Below, piece by piece: positions 34,601-46,232 of a stretch of 49,072 bases of DNA. The stretch spans positions 1 to 49,072 of the forward strand of contig NIVC01002669.1 in assembly GCA_002269645.1 (NCBI GenBank), in the 5' to 3' direction. The notes beneath the pieces were generated by a model. It saw only the letters and a list, made by a program, of their open reading frames with translations, was not told the origin of the DNA and did not search any database. A program made the position numbers and the translations under genes. The stretch is from Macrostomum lignano. Lineage: Eukaryota. The first letter of the stretch is position 1. Each line of letters opens with the position of its first letter.

Positions 34601-37600
34601 TCAGAATGAACCTGCCATAGTAATTTCCTAGCCCAATCCAAGCTCGCAATTCAGAAACGTTTCTGTGGATGCAGAGCTTCTCAAGTAGCTCAGATCCTGT
34701 GCTCCGTTTGATGGATTCCATTTTCATTCATTTTATATCCGAGAAAAGCGACAGATCTCTGCATAAACTTGCACTTAGACTGCTTCAGTCTGACACCTCG
34801 CTCTCTAAAGCGTTGCAGAAGCTTATGTAAGTGCTCTTCTGAGTTATTTCCTACTACTAGTACGTCGTCGATGAAACAGATAACTCTTCCCAGTACTTGG
34901 AGCATCATGTCCATGACCATTTAGAAAACTGGTCCATGGCTAAAGCGTACTGCAGCCGCTGACACTGAAACAATTTCTTGGATGTACGCTCGTATTGAGT
35001 GCCACAGATTGTCTTAAACCTTCGTCAAATTTCAGTTGCAGAAATGCCTGTTTATCATCTTAGTAGACTTGCCTCCTTTCAAAGCACTGTGTAGGTCATC
35101 CTGCCTGGGCAGAGGGTACTGATCAAAGATTGGAGCCTTATTTGGTCTGATTTTAGGACAGGTAGGTACTACCGGAGTAGCCCAGTCTAAGTGATAAATT
35201 GGAATGAGAACGCTTTGTCGCTTTGTTTCTCCGGTGGTTCAGCTCAGACTCTACAAGTGGCTTCATCGCAAAAGGCATCGTTCGGGCCTTGCAGAAATAT
35301 CGGTGTGATTCCTTCTCTGATCTTTATCGTACCCTTCACTCCTGTTATTTGTCCGATGTCCTTGAAACACATCTGAGTACGAGTAGTTCCTTAGTATCCC
35401 TTCTGTATTGCTTCTCGAGTCCGATGCAACCTTCATTCACAGAAATTCATGTTCCCAGGATCTGATTCCGGTTTAGCTTCACACCCCATTGTTGCATCCA
35501 GTCTCTTCCGAGCAAGTTGGATCCGCTACCAATCACAGTGAGTATCTGTAGCTTTGCAAACTGGCCTAAATACTCCAGTGTTGACACTGATTCTCGATTT
35601 ACAGAGATTTCTCCGCGTTTAGTTCAGTCCAACTCTATCTGCCATTTCCTATTTCGGATGGTCTTTTCGGCTCCTGTTTCGAATTCAAATCGAACAGGTT
35701 TGTTGTTGATCAAAATCTCAACAAAATATCCAGGGTTTCTTCTGACAGATACCCTATAGATTCGAGGAGGTGATCTTGAGGCTTCTTGTTCACATTGTGC
35801 ATCTGGGGAGTGCATGTTGCGAAATGTTGCGAAAATTACAAGTCACACTAGAGCTACAAGCAATTCTGAGATGTCCTTTTCCACACTTCTGTATTGCTTA
35901 TTGCGATGTGGACACACATTTGCCAAAAGATCAGGGCGAAGCATCGGTAGCACCTTTGTATAAGTTTTCTCTTTATCGCTTCCCTTGAATTTGAGAGTAT
36001 CCGCTGTGTACCGAAACGCTTGATGAGGGTTCTGAGACTTTTACGACGAGTTTAAACGGTCGAAGTCAGTTATTGAATGCTTTCCCGTATGCACTCTAAA
36101 TGACTTCGGCTTCCTCAGCTGCTTTCTTAAATATCGATTTATTCTTTAGTGACGTCAGCAGCCTACTCAGCACGTGTTCGTCTCTGAGACCGAAAACGAA
36201 TGCGCCCCAAAGTGCCTGATCTAGGTTCAGAAGGCTGACTTCGAAGGCTCACCACAAAGTCTGCGACACACTCACCATCCCGTTTTACCACTGTGCGAAC
36301 ACAAAACCTTGAGCAATGAAACTCAGTTCAGTATTGAACTGCTTCTCGAGTGCTTCCAATAGTTCATAGTAGGACTAATCCTCGTACATTCTGCTGGCGC
36401 ATTGACACTCCTCAGATTTGAATAAGTTTCTTTACCAATCACAGCCAGCAATTTAGTTTTTTTCTTAGCTTCCTCCGTGATTTTCTTGGCACTCAGAAAG
36501 TACTAACAGTCGTTCCTCGCACTACTCCCAGTAAAGAGAGTTGTTTGCGGTTGAATGATTGAATTTGTTGTGTTTGAGTCTCAACAAGTCATAGCACCCT
36601 CATTTAGATACATACCTGGTAAATAAACCAAAAGTGCACACCGGCTCAAAGAATTGCAAACATAATAGTCATTTTAGCAGCGCGCAGTTTAGCTTCACTC
36701 TTTTTCGGGGAATAGAAGAACGGGGGACGCATCTCAGTAAAAGTTAAGGTCCATTGTCTACGGCAACATAGGCCCTAGACATCACATAATTTTTTAATAA
36801 TTCATTACACCTGCCCCAATGGACAGATGTGCAACCGACAGCTCACCCGCAGCTATTGCGCGGCGCATCTGAAGGCGCTGCATACGGCTGTTCAGTCCAT
36901 GAACTGGGGGGTCGCCACAACCACCTTCAATTACCTCAGCTAATGCTGGTACCCATTTTACAGCTGCAAGCAATGGAGAATTAAGTGCTAAGACGTCACA
37001 GTTTGTCATAAACCTTTCAATGAACGCAAATAATTCGACCCATAGAGTATTGAAGTCGCCTTTATCTTGCTCTCCCTTTTCGCGTTTTCATGGCCAACGA
37101 TATTATCAAATGAAAAGCCGTCTCACAGTGCAATGTCAACGACAGATTTAACCATAGACAGCGTGCATCAACGACACGAGCGCGCGTCAATGGAGAGATG
37201 ACCATTGAGAGATGAGTGCGCTTCGCGTGTCTAAGGTCGTTGCTGCACTCAAAATCCGTTGAGTCGTCGCTTCTTAAAAATCTTTCTGTCTCTCTAACTT
37301 TTTCTCTCTTAGCTCCGCCATTTTCTATTTCAGTCCACCTCCAAGTTTTTGCGTGCGTCAATGCACCTATCTATGGTCGAAAGATAACATGATCGACACA
37401 AGACACAAGACACAAGACACACGACACACGACGCAAGAAACACGACACAAGACACAAGACACAAGGATACGCTTTTGTCTATGGTCCAAAGAGACAAAGA
37501 TCGAAATTGAAACTCGATCTCGACCATAGATCTTGGAATCACCGCTTCTTGAAAAGCTTCCCATAGACTTAATGGTTTGGCTGCCACTTGAGTGGTCTAT

Positions 37601-40600
37601 CTATAGTGTATATAAGATCTATGATCATTTTCATTTGATACGAGCCTCGTAATGCTGTTAACGCACAGCTTTCGAGCACACTACCGGACCCTAGACACTC
37701 GTGCGCTTCGCTTAGCGCACTCGTGCCTGGATTGTTAGTGCACTAAAAAACTTCGCGTACCCCGCCCGTGCCTAGATCTTTAACGCACTCAAAGAAACGT
37801 GCGATATCTGTCAATTACCGTTGTTTCTGAATTCTATTTTAACAAATAATTGCACACTACTTTCATCAATCCTAAATACCAATCACTTATCCTATACAAC
37901 CTCCGAAGTACAGATCTCTACAGCGTCAAGTTCCATGCAGATCTGAAAGCTGCTTGCGCTCAAAAAATAGATTGGAAGGATGCTTATTAAAATCGCAATT
38001 GGTTCGGTCTTAGGGAAAGTGAGGAGGGTGTCAACTTAAGTCCGAAAGTGACCTCCATTCTTTCATTCCATAGATAATTGACATAGATCCCTATTATCCC
38101 TCTGGGCTCAGTGAGACATTGATGGATGGGACTTTCTCCAATTCAGGATCCTTTAATGTTTAATAAGGTATAATCATTTTAAAGCGGCTATTTAGTATTT
38201 AGGTCGTATCAATCCAACGTCCTTTGATAAATAATTAATTAGATGGTATCATGGTAAATAATGAGGCTAAAATTTAGTAAAATTTCTTTTTCAAGTCAAG
38301 GCAAAACTGAAGTTAGCTAAGGAATTTAACTAATTTAACTCATTGTTGTTCAGTTGTGTCGCTAAACTTTAACCTTTCGAATTCAAATTAAAGTTAGATA
38401 AGACCCGATAAGAGTAGTTTTTCTATTTCGCAATCTGAATATTATCGCTTTTAACTCTGCAGCAAACCGGCTGCATACAGTTAAAAAATTGTACACACAT
38501 GTCAGTTTAGGCCACTCGTAAGGTTCGGAAAATACTAGTAATTGGCCTAGTGTTTTCTCTTGAGTATACTAAGGCTAGTATTGAATATACTAAATAAATT
38601 GAATTTATTACCGCATGTTTACTCAACTGATACTACAATAAAGAAGTGCACTGCAAACTTTATTAAGTTTGCTTGCTACGGAGCAAAAATAACTGATCGT
38701 TGATTTGCTTCCTAGGCTCGATTCATCTTCCTGAACTCGAGTTGTCACTCAAAATTACAACCCAGAAAAATTGCATGCAAACCTTTGAGAAGTGTCAAAA
38801 CAAGTGAGAGGTGAAGCATGGGCCTGTGGCCCGTGCAAAGCACTCTTGGAGACCTGGGAGTGAAACTGAGGATGAGAGTAAGATTGGGAATATGGGAGTG
38901 AGATTGAGGATATGAGAGTGAGATTGGGATATAAGAGTGAGATTGGGGATATGGGAGTGAGATTGGGGATATGAGAGTGAGATTGGGGATATGGGAGTGA
39001 GATTGGGGATATGGGAGTGAGATTGAGGGTATGAGAGTGAGATTGGGGATATGGGAGTAAGATTGGGAATATGGGAGTGAGATTGAGGGTATGAGAGTGA
39101 GATTGGGGACATAAGAGTGAGATTGGGAATATGGGAGTGAGATCGAGGATATGAGAGTGAGATTGAGGATATGAGAGTGATATGAGAGTGAGATTGGGGA
39201 TATGGGAGTGAGATTGAGGATATGAGAGTGAGATTGGGGACATAAGAGTGAGATTGGGGATATGGGAGTGAGATTGAGGGTATGAGAGTGAGATTGGGGA
39301 TATGGGAGTGAGATTGGGGATATGGGAGTGAGATTGAGGGTATGAGAGTGAGATTGGGGATATGGGAGTGAGATTGGGGATATGGGAGTGAGATTGAGGG
39401 TATGAGAGTGAGATTGGGGATATGGGAGTAAGATTGGGGATATGGGAGTGAGATTGAGGGTATGAGAGTGAGATTGGGGACATAAGAGTGAGATTGGGAA
39501 TATGGGAGTGAGATCGAGGATATGAGAGTGGGATTGAGGATATGAGAGTGATATGAGAGTGAGATTGGGGATATAGGAGTGAGATTGAGGATATGAGAGT
39601 GAGATTGGGGATATGGGAGTGAGATTGGGGATATGAGAGTGAGATTGAGGGTATGAGAGTGAGATTGGGGATATAAGAGTGAGATTGGGGATATGGGAGT
39701 GAGATCGAGGATATGAGAGTGAGATTGAGGATATGAGAGTGATATGAGAGTGAGATTGAGGATATGGGAGTGAGATTGGGGATATGGGAGTGAGATTGGG
39801 GATATGAGAGTGAGATTGGGGATATGGGAGTGAGATTGGGGATATGAGAGTGAGATTGGGGATATGGGAGTGAGATTGGGGATATGGGAGTGAGATTGAG
39901 GGTATGAGAGTGAGATTGTGGATGTGGGAGTGAGATTGAGGGTATGAGAGTGATATGAGAGTGAGATTGGGGATATGGGAGTGAGATTGGGGATATGGGA
40001 GTGAGATCGAGGATATGAGAGTGAGATTGAGGATATGAGAGTGATATGAGAGTGAGATTGGGGATATGGGAGTGAGATTGGGGATATGGGAGTGAGATTG
40101 GGGATATGGGAGTGAGATTGAGGGTATGAGAGTGAGATTGGGGATTTGAGAGCGAGATTGGGGAAACGGGAGTGAGATCGAGGATATGAGAGTGAGATTG
40201 GGGATATGAGAGTGAGATTGGTGATATGAGAGTGAGATTGAGGATATAGGAGTGAGATTTTGGATCTGGAGTGAGATTGGGGATCTGCAAGTATGAGAGT
40301 GAGTCTGGGGACCTGAGATAGTTGGATATATGGGAGGGAAAGGAATGAGTGGAATTGGGGATCAAAAGTAGAATAGTGGATAGGGGGACGAGCCTAGCCC
40401 TAAGTGCGTTGAGAACTGAGATTAGTATCTGTGAGACTGACTGGATAGTTGTTCGAGATAATGAGTGACTAAAGGTACGTGATTTTCAACCTGAAAAACT
40501 AGCCGTCGGCTCGAGGCATTAGGCATGGTATCGCTCTCAATTTAATTTATTTTCTTACCAAAGTAGTATCGATCTGTAAGGCATTGGGCATTTAGGCATT

Positions 40601-43600
40601 TATATATTTGGTTTAGGCATTTTATTACAACAGCTCCAGCGCTAGTGTAGCCAATGGGTAGTCAATATAGCTGGAATATACTAAATTATTGCAGGAATCA
40701 AAATACCAAAATACCTAGAATTTGGAGCACTAAAACCCCGAATTTAATAGCGTCTGTAACCTGTTGGCATCGGTTTATTGATTGCCATTGGATAGTTACT
40801 AGATCAGAACTTATTAATTGCATTGCTTTTGAATCCCTTTGGAATCCCTATCTTGCTGAGTTTGTTCGAAAATACGAGCTATTTTTATGCCAAATGGTTT
40901 TTATAGGTAGAGATAATGGTCAATAGGGCATCGAGGTAATTCGCAAATGTTAATAATAAAACGCCTCCAATGTGCATTGGCTCGCATAGTATAGCCATAT
41001 TATTAGTATTGGTAAACAGTTAGGAGTGAGAGGAATAGTTGCAATAATACATATATAAATAGCTTCTTAGTTCCAAATGCTTTCCCAAGCTGAAAAGGCT
41101 TGCGAACGAAAGTAGGGGGGTGGGCATCATGTGAACACAAGGCAAGAATGTACAGTCAGTCCTCTCGTCCCCGGACCAACTCTGTGTACATTCACCCCCA
41201 CAAACTCATTTTGAACCAATGTACATTGAAGTGGAAGCGTCACTCCACTGGTTCTGAATAGAGGAGGGGGGGGGTTACCCAGACCCGGCCCGTGCTCCCC
41301 ATGGAAATTTCCAGAGTCTAAACCATGCGCCGCCTTTTATAATAGCTTACAAGACAAGATTCTGTTCCAAACTATTCATCCCTTAAAGAAGTGACGGCAC
41401 TACTGCTATTATATACTAGCCGTTGCAGCCCATTTTTTAGCAAATTCTATATACACTTGATAAAATATATATATATATAGTTCACACAAAACGTACGTGA
41501 AGAGCGAAGCGAAAGAGATCATGGTAACAGAAAGTCAAGCGGATAATTTAAGAAAAGATAGCCATGCGGCGGATGGAGAGCACACGAAATTTCAAGGTAA
41601 TAATAAATCCTGGCTACCAAAATTTTATTAAATGTTATTAAAGTCAAACATTTTGTATTTAGAATAGAGATTTTTGACTGACTCATTAAAAATCGTTCCT
41701 ACAGGCTACAGCCGCGTGAGGCTAAGCCTAGCCCATATAGGCCTAGTATAGAATATTAATATTTGATTTGGATAAACCTACCAGCTAAGCACTGGTAAAA
41801 GGGGAGCTGGCGACACGATTTAAAAAATGAAAAGATAGGCTGATGCTATGGATCAGTACTGTCAGAGTTTATTTATAATTTAGTGTGTTTCTCAGAAAAT
41901 ATATTGAAGGTTCTAATATAATCAAGTCAGTAGGAGTATAATATCTAAAACTATTAATCATGCTCAACATGCTCAACTCACGAGTCTTCACTCTGCTAAA
42001 TGTTACCAAGCACACTTTTGAATGCATAATTATTAATTTACTATATTCAGAATATGTAATATTCTCATCCCATATCCTACATTTGAAGACTCCTTTGTCC
42101 TTTGTCCTTACCTTACATCCAAGATCTCGTTAATTCAAGTCACGTTTCGTCAATACAGACTTCCCACTTCCCAAAAGCCTACTCAATACTTATTACTTAT
42201 ATTCTATTCTAGAAGCTGAACTATGTCCCATTAGGCCATTTCTGTGAATTTCAGTTCCAGATCCTATGACCTTTATCCCAATACCGTAGATGCCAATATG
42301 AAGTCTTAAAACCACAGATCCCATATCCCAGACCGGCAGATCCCAGTCCCAAGTCCCAAAACCACAGATCTCATATCCCAGACCCAGACCACAGATCTCA
42401 TATCCCAGACCACAGATCTCATACCCCAGACCACAGATCCCATATCCCAGACCACAGATCCCATATCCCTGACCACAGATCCCATATCCCAGACCACAGA
42501 TCCCATATCCCAGACCACAGATCCCACATCCCAGACCACAGATCCCATATCCCAGACCACAGATCCCAGACCACAGATCCCATACCCCAGACCACAGATC
42601 CCATATCCCAGACCACAGATCCCAGACCACAGATCCCATACCCCAGACCACAGATCCCATATCCCAGACCACAGATCCCACATCCCAGACCACAGATCCC
42701 ATATCCCAGACCACAGATCCCAGACCACAGATCCCAGACCACAGATCCCATACCCCAGACCACAGATCCCATACCCCAGACCACAGATCCCATACCCCAG
42801 ACCACAGATCACATATCCCAGACCACAGATCCCCATATCCCAGACCACAGATCCCATACCCCAGGCCACAGATCCCATACCCCAGTCCACAGATCCCATA
42901 TTTCATACCGCAGATATCAGTTTAAATCCCAAAACTGCCGATCCCAAACCCCAGAGACCCAGACCAACCACCTTATCGCCCGCAGTGGTCTCCACCGTCC
43001 GCAAGCCGACAGCGAGCGGCGGCGCCGGCGGAGCGGCAGCTGCCGCGGGCGGGGCCGAAGATACGCGGCCGTTGAAATCTGAGGCGGACACCGAACTGGC
43101 CGTGTTCGTTGAGGAGGACGGCGACGGGCCAACAGGGCCGCTGCCGACTCTCAATGCCTACCTGCGGACATTCACCAGCCCCATGCGCAACGAGAAGGAA
43201 GAGAGCTCCGATCAGCAGAAGAAGGCGCCGAAGGTGAAAAATTTTGAGCTTGAAAAAGTTCAAAGAAGCAGTTGAAACTATCAAATTATTAAAATCTTCG
43301 GATTTATCGAAATTAAGGGATTAGCTGATTATTGTCGTGACTCATTAACAGGCTCTGCACTTTTAGTCCCCGACTAGCCTTAATGTATCGAATTGATAAT
43401 TTGGATTCTCTGTACAAGGCTTGCCTAGTTGAGTAAAACGAATCTAAAGAGGTCTTGGCTTTAAGTAGAAGTCTCGGGTAAGGGCAGGAGTCCTGCATGT
43501 TTAATACATCAAGTCTGCAGTCTTGGCTTCGCTCAAAGATAGGAATTAATTAATTCAAGGCAGTCAGATTGGAATTTTAGACGAGTCAAAAGCAGGTATT

Positions 43601-44359
43601 AAGCAGATTTAGAGATTCCTTTGCATTCGGAAGCAAAGCAATTAGGAAGATTTCAATTAGCCCAGGCTGTTGATATAAAACCGAAATCACCTGACCCGAT
43701 GTTTCAATACAGCATTTCCTATTGATTATGAAAACTATGCCTAGAAAATTGCTGCACTCTGCTTGCTACTCTGAACCGAGCAGTCACGATCTGCTCGGGA
43801 TGGAGCCGCCTGATTACTATCCAATTTCAGGCAGCTCAGTCTTAAAAACTCATTAATCCTGTCACCTCAGACCCGGGATTAGAGATGCATACTGAGAAGT
43901 CAGTCAGTTCACTAATAGCCCTGGGAATCTGGGATAGATAAGCCCCATCCTACTAGTCTATCTCAGCTCTATAATCTGCTGCTCAAATTATACCTCTGCA
44001 ACAGTTTTAATTAATGAGCGAGCGAATTTGTGTTGCTATGCTGGTATCTTCTAGTAGCTGATTTTTGTCTCTGAATGTAAAGTGAAAATAATTAAAGCTT
44101 AGATAGATTAATTGACTGCTTTGATCAGGTTTGCACTACTAAATGAAACAAAACCAAATTAAAAAATAAGCTGTTGGCAGTTTAATAATTGAAAAATGAT
44201 TTCCATTCGCAGAAAGCCAAACTCGGCGTCATTCTGGGCGTCTACTTGCCGACCATCCAGCACATCTTTGGCGTCCTGATGTTTCTGCGCCTCTTCTGGA
44301 TTGTCGGTGTCTCAGGAGTCTGGGAATCCGGCGCCATTGTGTTCATCTGCTGCTTCTGC
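31692..44359 (+). CDS. K-Cl cotransporter (SLC12A/KCC subfamily), 5' part: exons 31692-31791, 42914-43233, 44213-44359; continues beyond the window
   Basis: Exon 3 KAKLGVILGVYLPTIQHIFGVLMFLRLFWIVGVSGVWESGAIVFICCFC matches KCC TM1-2 ([24 protein letters not shown]...VFICC). Exon 1 (MDKDAEQ...IIDNL, phase 1, GTGAGT) joins exon 2 (cag|AT ATC..., ...ELAVFVEE...KKAPK, phase 0) and exon 3 in phase. Linking exon 1 across the 11-kb intron rests on phase compatibility only. Confidence 0.88.
32682..32905 (-). repeat. 3' LTR of the Gypsy element
   Basis: Shares TGTTGTGTTTGAGTC.CAACAAGTCA...CATTTAGATACATA...AAAAGTGCACACCGGCTC...GTCTACGGCAACATAGGC with 36542-36786. Confidence 0.8.
36542..36786 (-). repeat. 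5' LTR of the Gypsy element
   Basis: Diverged direct repeat of 32682-32905. It begins TGTGATG on the minus strand. Confidence 0.8.
36787..36975 (-). mobile_element. 5'-truncated SINE family 1 copy abutting the LTR
   Basis: Same body as the other copies (GATGTGCAACCGACAGCTCA...GGCTGTTCAGTCCA...CCCATTTTACAGCTG). The tRNA head is missing. Confidence 0.8.
37152..37570. mobile_element. Cluster of CCATAGA/TCTATGG-bounded MITE-like inverted repeats with an internal GACAC[A/G] microsatellite
   Basis: CCATAGAC at 37152 pairs with ATCTATGG at ~37370. GTCTATGGTC at 37477 pairs with GACCATAGA at ~37522 around GATCGA..TCGATC. CCATAGAC recurs at 37561. Confidence 0.4.
38856..40320. repeat. ~20-bp minisatellite GAGTGAGATTG[G/A]GGATATG[G/A], ~1.45 kb
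   Basis: Directly visible. It explains the 536-aa PISLSYPQSHSHI ORF. Confidence 0.96.
42311..42900. repeat. 21-bp (with 14-bp variants) minisatellite CCCAGACCACAGATCCCATA[T/C], ending 13 bp before the KCC exon 2 acceptor
   Basis: Directly visible. Confidence 0.95.
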
Positions 44360-44940
44360 GTGAGTTCTATGAATTTTTAATCTGACCAAATTTAAGGGAC
44401 ATTACATGGGGTCATTGATGAGTAAGCAACGGTTTTGACGATCTAAATGATAAGTGAAGCTTTAGTCAAACAAAGCAGCACGAACGATGTTAAGAAAGAC
44501 ATGGCCATAGACTACGCCCGCATTAGCCATAGACTATAAATAGAGAATCAAAATGAGACGCAGTCTAACCAAGGAAGCCTCTATGTTCGCGTCGCTTCTC
44601 AGAATTCCCATAGATTTTTTGGACTAAAAATGGTTTGTTCGTAGGTAGGTAGCTATGTGATTGATTTCAGAAAAAAGCGGCTCAAACAATTTTCACGAGA
44701 CTTGCATAGTTCGATCAGAAAATTTCCGGTGACAGTAAATGTCAAGGCTAAGAAATTGAGCTCAATGCTAAAGGGATTAAATATTTGTAAAACATGCTTC
44801 TTTGCAAAGGTCAAGCATAAAAAATAAAAAATCCGTCTTGTAAAGCATGAAGGATGCGTAATTTCAAAAATGAAAGAAGCGTCATGTCGAACATAAAAGA
44901 TTCATCGGGGAATTAATTGCTAAGATGTTGAGGCTCATGG

Positions 44941-45555
44941 GAAATTTCTTAGATGTCAAGGCTTACGACGGAAACTGCTGAGATGTCAAGGCTTACGACG
45001 GAAACTGCTGAGATGTCAAAGCTTACGACGGAAATTGCTGAGATGTCAAGGCTTACGACAGAAATTGCTGAGATGTCAAGGCTTACGACGGAAATTGCTG
45101 AGATGTTAAAGCTTACGACGGAAATTGCTGAGATGTCAAGGCTTACGACGGAAATTGCTGAGATGTCAAAGCTTACGACGGAAATTGCTGAGATGTCAAG
45201 GCTTACGACGGAAACTGCTGAGATGTCAAGGCTTACGACGGAAACTGCTGAGATGTCAAAGCTTACGACGGAAATTGCTGAGATCTCAAGGCTTACGACA
45301 GAAATTGCTGAGATGTCAAGGCTTACGACGGAAATTGCTGAGATGTCAAAGCTTACGACGGAAATTGCTGAGATGTCAAGGCTTACGACGGAAATTGCTG
45401 AGATGTCAAAGCTTACGACGGAAATTGCTGAGATGTCAAGGCTTACGACGGAAATTGCTGAGATGTCAAGGCTTACGACGGAAATTGCTGAGATGTCAAG
45501 GCTTACGACGGAAATTGCTGAGATGTCAAGGCTTACGGGGGAATTGCTGAGATGC
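44941..45555. repeat. 30-bp tandem repeat GAGATGTCAAGGCTTACGACGGAAATTGCT, ~20 copies, with degenerate flanking units
   Basis: Head-to-tail units with no spacers. It lies in KCC intron 3. Confidence 0.96.
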
Positions 45556-46232
45556 CAGCCTCAGGACTGAAAGGTCAAAAGCTACATGTAGTTTTTTTTA
45601 ATGTACTATCCTCTTTGTTGGCTCCCCAACAAGGGGCGCTGATTGGAAATCGCCATCTCGCTAAATGCATTTTGTAGCCAATTTTGTGGCCTCTCGGTGA
45701 AATTTGCACGATTTGCGAGTGTAGTGTCCTGAGGTCAGTGCTCAGTTGATCTATAAATTGGGGTGGTGTGATCTCTGAAAGCGTCATGTGAGGGCATTGT
45801 AGCACCTCAGCAGCATCAGATAGGGACAAGCACTCATCAATTCACTTGCCAATCAATTAAAGACCCTTTACACACTCCTGATCTCAATATCAGAATTTTT
45901 CCTTGATCGCTGAAATCAAGCAACAGCTCGTAGGAGCGTAGAACTTAGCGAAACCCTCACAAGGTTATCACAAATTTAGGAAAAAAACCCACAAGAGTCA
46001 CGAGTAAATATTTGCATTGGTTTTATAGCTTTGGAAGCTCGCTGTTGAACTGACTTTATTTCTATACACGTATTAGTGTTATAATACTGTCGATAAGCAC
46101 ATCTCAATGAAGTAAACCAATGGACCGTGTAACATTGGCCTAGCTTATTCCTGTTACTAGGCTATAAAGAACACCAGAGCTTACAATTAAAAGCAATGGA
46201 GATACAAAACTTATACACATGAATTTCTCGCC

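Larger units (their letters stand above)
32682..36786 (-). mobile_element. Decayed Ty3/Gypsy LTR retrotransposon (gag-PR-RT-RNaseH-IN), antisense in KCC intron 1
   Basis: Minus-strand fragments: protease VEILINNKPVRFEFETGAEKT; RT VICFIDDVLVVG...RLKQSKCKF...FLGY; RNase H LGNYYGRFI..., PYGLGAVM; integrase VVIPHELRRLVLEELHERHPGIV and IFVGPYKSWMFLAVVNATS. The RT-RH-IN order is Gypsy-type. The element has many stops and frameshifts, flanking LTRs, and a PPT-like GGGAAAGGTGGGAG next to the 3' LTR. Confidence 0.9.

Noticed and set aside
37685-37730. Helitron 3' end (minus-strand GTGCGCT hairpin then CTAG); a similar CTAG-T occurs at ~41415
   Set aside because: The first lacks the expected T target base, the second lacks a good hairpin, and there is no 5' TC end or Rep/helicase.
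38755-40365. 536-aa Ser/His/Pro-rich protein
   Set aside because: It is a translation of the minisatellite inside KCC intron 1, with no non-repeat coding flanks.
44941-45555. CRISPR-like array (30-bp repeats)
   Set aside because: The units are head-to-tail with no unique spacers, there are no cas genes, and the context is a eukaryotic intron.
45650-45700. KCC exon 4 candidate (IAISLNAF, similar to AISMSAIATNG)
   Set aside because: The IATNG motif and what follows are absent, and there is no suitable acceptor. The match is judged coincidental.
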